Below, piece after piece: positions 59,235-64,000 of a stretch of 64,000 nucleotides of DNA (its first letter is position 1; each line of letters begins with the position of its first letter). The notes beneath the pieces are model-generated. The model saw only the letters and a list, made by a program, of their open reading frames with translations. It did not search any database and had not been told where the DNA came from. The DNA comes from Candidatus Latescibacterota bacterium (GTDB lineage Bacteria; Latescibacterota; UBA2968; GCA-2709665). The position numbers and the translations under genes were made by a program. The stretch lies in assembly GCA_963662665.2 (NCBI GenBank), contig CAXXJS010000063.1:1-64000 (forward strand). Reading direction: 5' to 3'.

Positions 59235-62200
59235 CTACCGGAAAAATTCGAGCGTCCCATCCTTTCGGCCCACCAGCAAACCCCGGCCCGGCCACTGAGA
59301 TGCCCACTGCACCGCCGTGGCATCCGAACTGCCGGCGTGGATGGTCTCGACCTCGCCCGACCGATCAAGACGCACGACTGTCCCGTTGCGAAGGGCCGCC
59401 AGGCATCCTCCAACTCCAGCAGGCGCCAGGCCGGCCACGGGCTCGACGAGAAGCCGGCGCCACAGCCGGTTGCCTCCGGCGTCGAAGCACTGCACGAAAC
59501 CGTTGGACGCTCCGGCATACAGGCGACCATCAAAGAACTCCGCAACGAGCACGGCGCCGCCCACGTCCGCGTCCCAGATCACCTCGCCGCCGCGCCCGTA
59601 GACGATCAACTGCCGGTGATTGGTATCCACCCCGCTGATCACTTCGTCCCGGCCGTCCCCGTCCACGTCCGCTATGCGCAGGCAGCGCGACCAGGAGGGA
59701 ATCGACCAGCTGACGATGTCCGGCCGCTGAAGGGGCCGCCCCAGCGTCCCGTCTTGCGCGAAGACCAGCGTGTGCGCGTGAATGGCCGGGTCCGCAAGGC
59801 CGGCGAGCGTCTGCCGTTCCGGCCCGTCCGTCAGCCTCGCGGTATCCAGATACAAGGGCGGTCCCCACTGACAGGGCGAACGCCACAGCAGGTTGCCGCA
59901 CGCGCCGAGTGCGTAGACGTGACGGTCGGCGCACCCCACCAGAATCTCCTCCTGCCCGTCGCCGTCGATATCGCCGACCGCCAGGCTCAATACCACGCAG
60001 TTCTTCCTGGACCAGCTATCCCAGTTCATCGGCTGCCATTGGATCCGATGGGACCAGAGGGTGTCTCCGGAAGCATCCAGCCGGTACACGGTTTCGCCGT
60101 CGCCTCCCGCGGCAGCGCCGCCGTCGCCCAGGGCCGCAATCGCGCAGACGCCACCGTCGATCTCTCGTTTCCACAGCTGATCGCCGTCGGAATTGAACGC
60201 GGTCACCCCGCCGCCGTCACCGCTGAACCATCTTTCCGTCCCGATATCCACTGCCGTCACGGCACCCGCGCACCGTGTCCTCCATTCGGGCGCCGCTTCG
60301 CCGCCGGCGATTTGAAATGGCGCGGCATCGGACCCATCCACAGCTCGACCAGCCGTGGGCAGCGTCGCAACGGAGGGAGAGACCTCCGGGGTTTCAATGC
60401 CCTCCGTAAGTACAACCGTGACTGGCTCGCAGCCTCCTTCGATTCGAAAGCCGTTCTTCTCCTCTTCCAGGCCGAAATCCCTGCCGCCGCCAACTCGTTC
60501 CGTCCAGAAAAGCGTCGCCATCCGGGTCCCCTGCCCCGGTTGAAGGCTTGCCAGGGAACGCTGGACCCATCGCGAGTGGTCTTCCGCGCACCAATAGTCC
60601 GAATCCACCAGTTCCTGGCGCGCGCTTCCCGCGTGACGCATGTTCAGTTGTGCGTCGCCCTGAACCGACTGCAACAGCCCGCCGGAAAGGGACGACTCAC
60701 CCAGCAGATGCCACCGGCATTCCACCAGAAACGCTCCGGCCACCGCGGGCCAGACTTCGTCGATCGCCAGAAACCATCCCTCTCTACTGTACACGATATG
60801 CCGGTACCAGTCGCCCTGCTCAGGATAGGTCATCGACGTGCCGGCCACGGCAAGGTTCTCCCCTTCGTGCAAATACCGCAGGGCCGCGTACCTGGACTCG
60901 CACCCCGGACCGGCGCCGTCAACGGAAACACTCACCCCCGTGTAGTCCCGTACGGTCGCCGGCTGGTGGCCCCCGGCAAACCTGAACCAGGATACGCCGC
61001 GGCTGGTGTAACGCACGATACAATTGCCGTCCTGATAGGAGTGCGAGCCCCCCGAGATGCCGTCCAGCAACAGGTAGTCGTCCTGATCCGTCCATCCGGA
61101 CCGGAAGTACACCTTGTCGAACGTCTGCTCGTAGGGCAGATTCCGCAGATATATGCCGTTTGTCGGTGCAAACGTCGTGTATTCTTCGATCGAATCGTAG
61201 AACAACCGGGAAAGAGGCGCTACGCCGACCCGGCCCAGCCGTTCGGGCGAGGCCGCAGGCCTTCCCGTCACCCAGGTCCGCAGAGGCTCTTCGGCACCTC
61301 GAATGGTACGTTCCGCCACCGCGCCTTCGTCGATGGATTCACAAAGCTGCAGGTATTCGTCGTTACCCGTTACCGCCGCGGCCATCCGGCAGTACTGTTC
61401 CGGGCCGCGTTCCAGGTTGCTGTGTGCGAGAAGCGCCCGGTCCACGCCCTCCAGGTAGGGGCGGCTTGAAAAGTAGTCCGTCTTCCCCGCGGCCAACGCA
61501 TAGTCCGCCGTGTTGAACAGCGAAGCCCCCCACTGATGTCCCCAGGAGTCGCACACGGGCTTGTTCGAAGCCATCTGCGGTGCAAAGAAGACCTCGGCCA
61601 GATTCATCCACGCCAGGCCCTCCGCAAGTCCGTGCACCTGGTGGAAATAGCGGCCTCCGTAAAACATATCGAGCGCGGAACGCGTCTGGTGATTCTGGCG
61701 TACCCGGTCCACGCCCACGCAGCTCAGAAGGCCTGTATTGCCGGCCCCTTCCGCGGATCTGAAGAGTCCCAGCAGCACTTCCAGCGTCTGGTCCCGGAGT
61801 GAGGCGGGAAGCGCTGGATGGTTTTCCAGAATCGTGAACGGCAGCAGAAGCACCCGGATGAACCCGTGGATCAACGTGGGGTCCTCCAGCGTCCGCTCGA
61901 ACCAGCGCGTGCGCGCGAAGTGGCAGATCTGCCGGCAGAACGTGGACATCAACGCTTCGTTTCCCGTCTGCACCGCCAGCATCCCCATATCGGCCACAAC
62001 CATCATATATGTCCAGTCGCCGGATCCCCCGCCGATGGACTCCTGCTCGAGGTCCCGATCGCTCTTGGCCAGCAACTCCTCGGCAGGCTTCACATACAGA
62101 TCGGACCATCTGCCCGGATGTACCTGGTATTGGAACGGCAGAACCGGACCATGCTCCGCGATGGCGCCGGCGAGCGCTCCGGCCGCATCGGCGACGTCCT

Positions 62201-62549
62201 CCGCGCTGCTCACGCCGGCCACCACAACCTGCCCCACGTCGCCCAACGTGTGAGGCACGGTGCGCACCACCCATCCGCCGGGACCCGGCCACACCCGGTC
62301 AGTGAGATCGTGAGCCCGAAAGTAGAGCGTTCGCAGGAACGCGCTGTCCATCATATTGCCCAACGCAATCACGTGCCGGCCGCCGGCATCAAGTTCTCCG
62401 TCCGGAAGCACTTCCACCGTCGCCGTTAGCGTTTCCTCGAGTATCGCCTTCAGACGGCCGGCCGCATCCTGATAGGAATCCCCCGCCGGCGCCGAGATGC
62501 AAACCCCTTGCCCCAGATCCGTCTCCTGAATCGCTGGTGAGAATGCCAT
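59235..62549 (-). CDS. Heparinase II/III-like + beta-propeller protein (variant motif set)
   Basis: Collinear paralog: RQNH, CDSWGH, YLLLDG..SHSYQDGN, GDIDGDGQEEILVG, ADVDGDGRDEVISG. GAGGAGG RBS. Confidence 0.62.
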   Translation of the reverse strand: MAFSPAIQETDLGQGVCISAPAGDSYQDAAGRLKAILEETLTATVEVLPDGELDAGGRHVIALGNMMDSAFLRTLYFRAHDLTDRVWPGPGGWVVRTVPHTLGDVGQVVVAGVSSAEDVADAAGALAGAIAEHGPVLPFQYQVHPGRWSDLYVKPAEELLAKSDRDLEQESIGGGSGDWTYMMVVADMGMLAVQTGNEALMSTFCRQICHFARTRWFERTLEDPTLIHGFIRVLLLPFTILENHPALPASLRDQTLEVLLGLFRSAEGAGNTGLLSCVGVDRVRQNHQTRSALDMFYGGRYFHQVHGLAEGLAWMNLAEVFFAPQMASNKPVCDSWGHQWGASLFNTADYALAAGKTDYFSSRPYLEGVDRALLAHSNLERGPEQYCRMAAAVTGNDEYLQLCESIDEGAVAERTIRGAEEPLRTWVTGRPAASPERLGRVGVAPLSRLFYDSIEEYTTFAPTNGIYLRNLPYEQTFDKVYFRSGWTDQDDYLLLDGISGGSHSYQDGNCIVRYTSRGVSWFRFAGGHQPATVRDYTGVSVSVDGAGPGCESRYAALRYLHEGENLAVAGTSMTYPEQGDWYRHIVYSREGWFLAIDEVWPAVAGAFLVECRWHLLGESSLSGGLLQSVQGDAQLNMRHAGSARQELVDSDYWCAEDHSRWVQRSLASLQPGQGTRMATLFWTERVGGGRDFGLEEEKNGFRIEGGCEPVTVVLTEGIETPEVSPSVATLPTAGRAVDGSDAAPFQIAGGEAAPEWRTRCAGAVTAVDIGTERWFSGDGGGVTAFNSDGDQLWKREIDGGVCAIAALGDGGAAAGGDGETVYRLDASGDTLWSHRIQWQPMNWDSWSRKNCVVLSLAVGDIDGDGQEEILVGCADRHVYALGACGNLLWRSPCQWGPPLYLDTARLTDGPERQTLAGLADPAIHAHTLVFAQDGTLGRPLQRPDIVSWSIPSWSRCLRIADVDGDGRDEVISGVDTNHRQLIVYGRGGEVIWDADVGGAVLVAEFFDGRLYAGASNGFVQCFDAGGNRLWRRLLVEPVAGLAPAGVGGCLAALRNGTVVRLDRSGEVETIHAGSSDATAVQWASQWPGRGLLVGRKDGTLEFFR

Positions 62550-62677
62550 CGTGTAACCCTCCTCGCGACTCGAAATCCCTCTCGATCGCAACAAACAGAC
62601 GCCCGGAACCGCGCGCGCCGGGCGTCGAAAATTTCACATCGGCCGCTCTGCACGGACCGCTGACCGAACCGTGGGTT

Positions 62678-62908
62678 TCAACCCGCGCCGGTTAACTTGT
62701 CATTCACATCTGATGGCTTCCACCGTGCTGCGTCCAGAACCGACCACAGGTGGATCACCCAGCCCATCAGGACAAACCAGAGTAAGACCGCCAGGAAAAA
62801 TTGGATGAGGGCTATTAGCAAACGTGCTTGAAGCAACTGGCCCAAACCGGGTACAAGAAGGCTACATAAAGCTGCAAGTACATTGCCGGCCGAACCTTGC
62901 CCAGCCAT
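62678..62908 (-). CDS. Small membrane protein
   Basis: 76 aa, NVLAALCSLLVPGLGQL followed by a hydrophobic hairpin. Strong AAGGAGG RBS. Confidence 0.75.
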   Translation of the reverse strand: MAGQGSAGNVLAALCSLLVPGLGQLLQARLLIALIQFFLAVLLWFVLMGWVIHLWSVLDAARWKPSDVNDKLTGAG

Positions 62909-63001
62909 CGATTTTCCTCCTTTTTTGCAAGCCTCGCACTACATATCGAGGGCAGAATGCCCTCATTCCCAGGAAGGAGATCCTCGCCCGGGGGTATCCT
63001 C

Positions 63002-63781
63002 CTACGCCCAGTTCTCGCACCCGGCGAAGGCCATGTGTTCTCCCTGGACGTATTTCGGCCTATCGGCGTAGAGGTTTCCCACTTCGGGGATCGCCGCCCC
63101 CCGGCACAGGATGGAAGGATGGGCCTGCCGAGTCACCCGGGTGCTGGTGGGTATGTAGCGAAGGGTGAGCCCCACCCGCCACTGGTCCGACGTATTGCTG
63201 TTGGAGCCGTGGATGATATTCGGGTGGTGGATGGAAATATCTCCTGCATTGAGTTCCACGTCCACGGCATCCGCCTCGTCAATCTGATCGGGGCGCATTC
63301 CGACGCCGAGAACGTACTTGTCGGGATCCAGTTCCACCATCTCCGAGGCCTTCAACAACTGCCGGGTGTGCGTCCCCGGCAAAACCCGCATGCAACCGTT
63401 CTCCACGGTGGAGTCGTTGCCAGCGACCCACAGCGTCGTGACCTCCATCGGCTCCAGGGGCCAGTAGGATCCGTCCTGGTGCCACCGTACGGCCTGTCCG
63501 GTCTCGGGCTTCTTGGCGATATAATGCGCGCCGAACATGGCCACGTTGGGGCCGATGAACTGTGCTGCGAGGTCGACAAGCCTGTCGTCGCAAACAAGAC
63601 GGTGCATGAACGGATCGTTTACAAGCAGGTTGTGGTGCAATCGTTCGGGGCGCGTGTCCGGATGCTTCTTGACCAGCCATTGCACGTGCTCGACCGCTTC
63701 GGCCGCCAGACCCGCGTCAATGGCCCCGCGCGCGATACAGATACCCTTCTCATCGTATTCCTGCTGCAATTTCGAATTCAT
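63002..63781 (-). CDS. PhyH-family Fe(II)/2OG dioxygenase
   Basis: YDEKG, WHQDGSYW (HxD), ENGCMRVLPGTH, AGD..IHHPNIIHGS..N.S..R.GLTLRY. Confidence 0.9.
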   Translation of the reverse strand: MNSKLQQEYDEKGICIARGAIDAGLAAEAVEHVQWLVKKHPDTRPERLHHNLLVNDPFMHRLVCDDRLVDLAAQFIGPNVAMFGAHYIAKKPETGQAVRWHQDGSYWPLEPMEVTTLWVAGNDSTVENGCMRVLPGTHTRQLLKASEMVELDPDKYVLGVGMRPDQIDEADAVDVELNAGDISIHHPNIIHGSNSNTSDQWRVGLTLRYIPTSTRVTRQAHPSILCRGAAIPEVGNLYADRPKYVQGEHMAFAGCENWA

Positions 63782-64000
63782 TCATACGCTCCTGTTATCA
63801 CGCATTTCTCCCCACACCTGTCCAATAACGGGTTTGATTAACTACGAAAGTCGCGAAAGTACGGGAAATATATGGCTGATAAAATCGTCCACTAACGCGA
63901 ACCGATGGCAGGGGCACGCACGCAGACCGGTCTATCCATGTTTCCCTGCTCACACGTGTCCAAAATCGGTTTCCGTACTGGACATCAGTGGTTTCTCCCG

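Noticed and set aside
59337-61469. Long antisense ORFs (710 aa here; also 50534-52315, 35126-36358, 29492-30733)
   Set aside because: These are shadow frames opposite well-supported genes in GC-rich DNA, with no recognisable motifs.

Overview
GC-rich bacterial window. The gene content (expanded PhyH dioxygenases, GWxTD proteins, DUF6785-type membrane proteins) suggests a Latescibacterota/Poribacteria-like organism; this is inference only. Layout: (1) 1-3.0 kb: topoisomerase IV-type parE-parC, carrying several +1 indels, mostly in short homopolymers, that look like sequencing errors. (2) 3.3-7.9 kb: YtoQ, two tandem His-rich beta-helix lipoproteins and a PhyH-HEAT fusion. (3) 8.3-29.4 kb: an ECF sigma factor, a zinc anti-sigma factor and five exported TPR-GWxTD paralogs, interrupted by a large GNAT protein, a YtrA-type GntR/ABC module and an enolase-superfamily gene. 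The same ECF-type promoter motif, GAACCT-N16-GTCT, lies upstream of both the sigma gene and the distal GWxTD gene. (4) 29.5-63.8 kb: a ~34 kb, almost entirely minus-strand locus that looks like uronic-acid glycan utilisation. It has five ~1100-1200 aa heparinase II/III-like + beta-propeller paralogs, three DUF6785/6784-type transporters, a sugar ABC system, a beta-helix/PKD protein, uxuA, a nitrilase-family hydrolase and two Fe/2OG enzymes, one with a halogenase-like HxG motif. Four of the five lyase-like paralogs carry a concerted Tyr->His / His->Tyr exchange at conserved active-site-region motifs. No rRNA, tRNA, CRISPR array or transposase was recognised. All family assignments come from motif recognition by eye; no searches were run.
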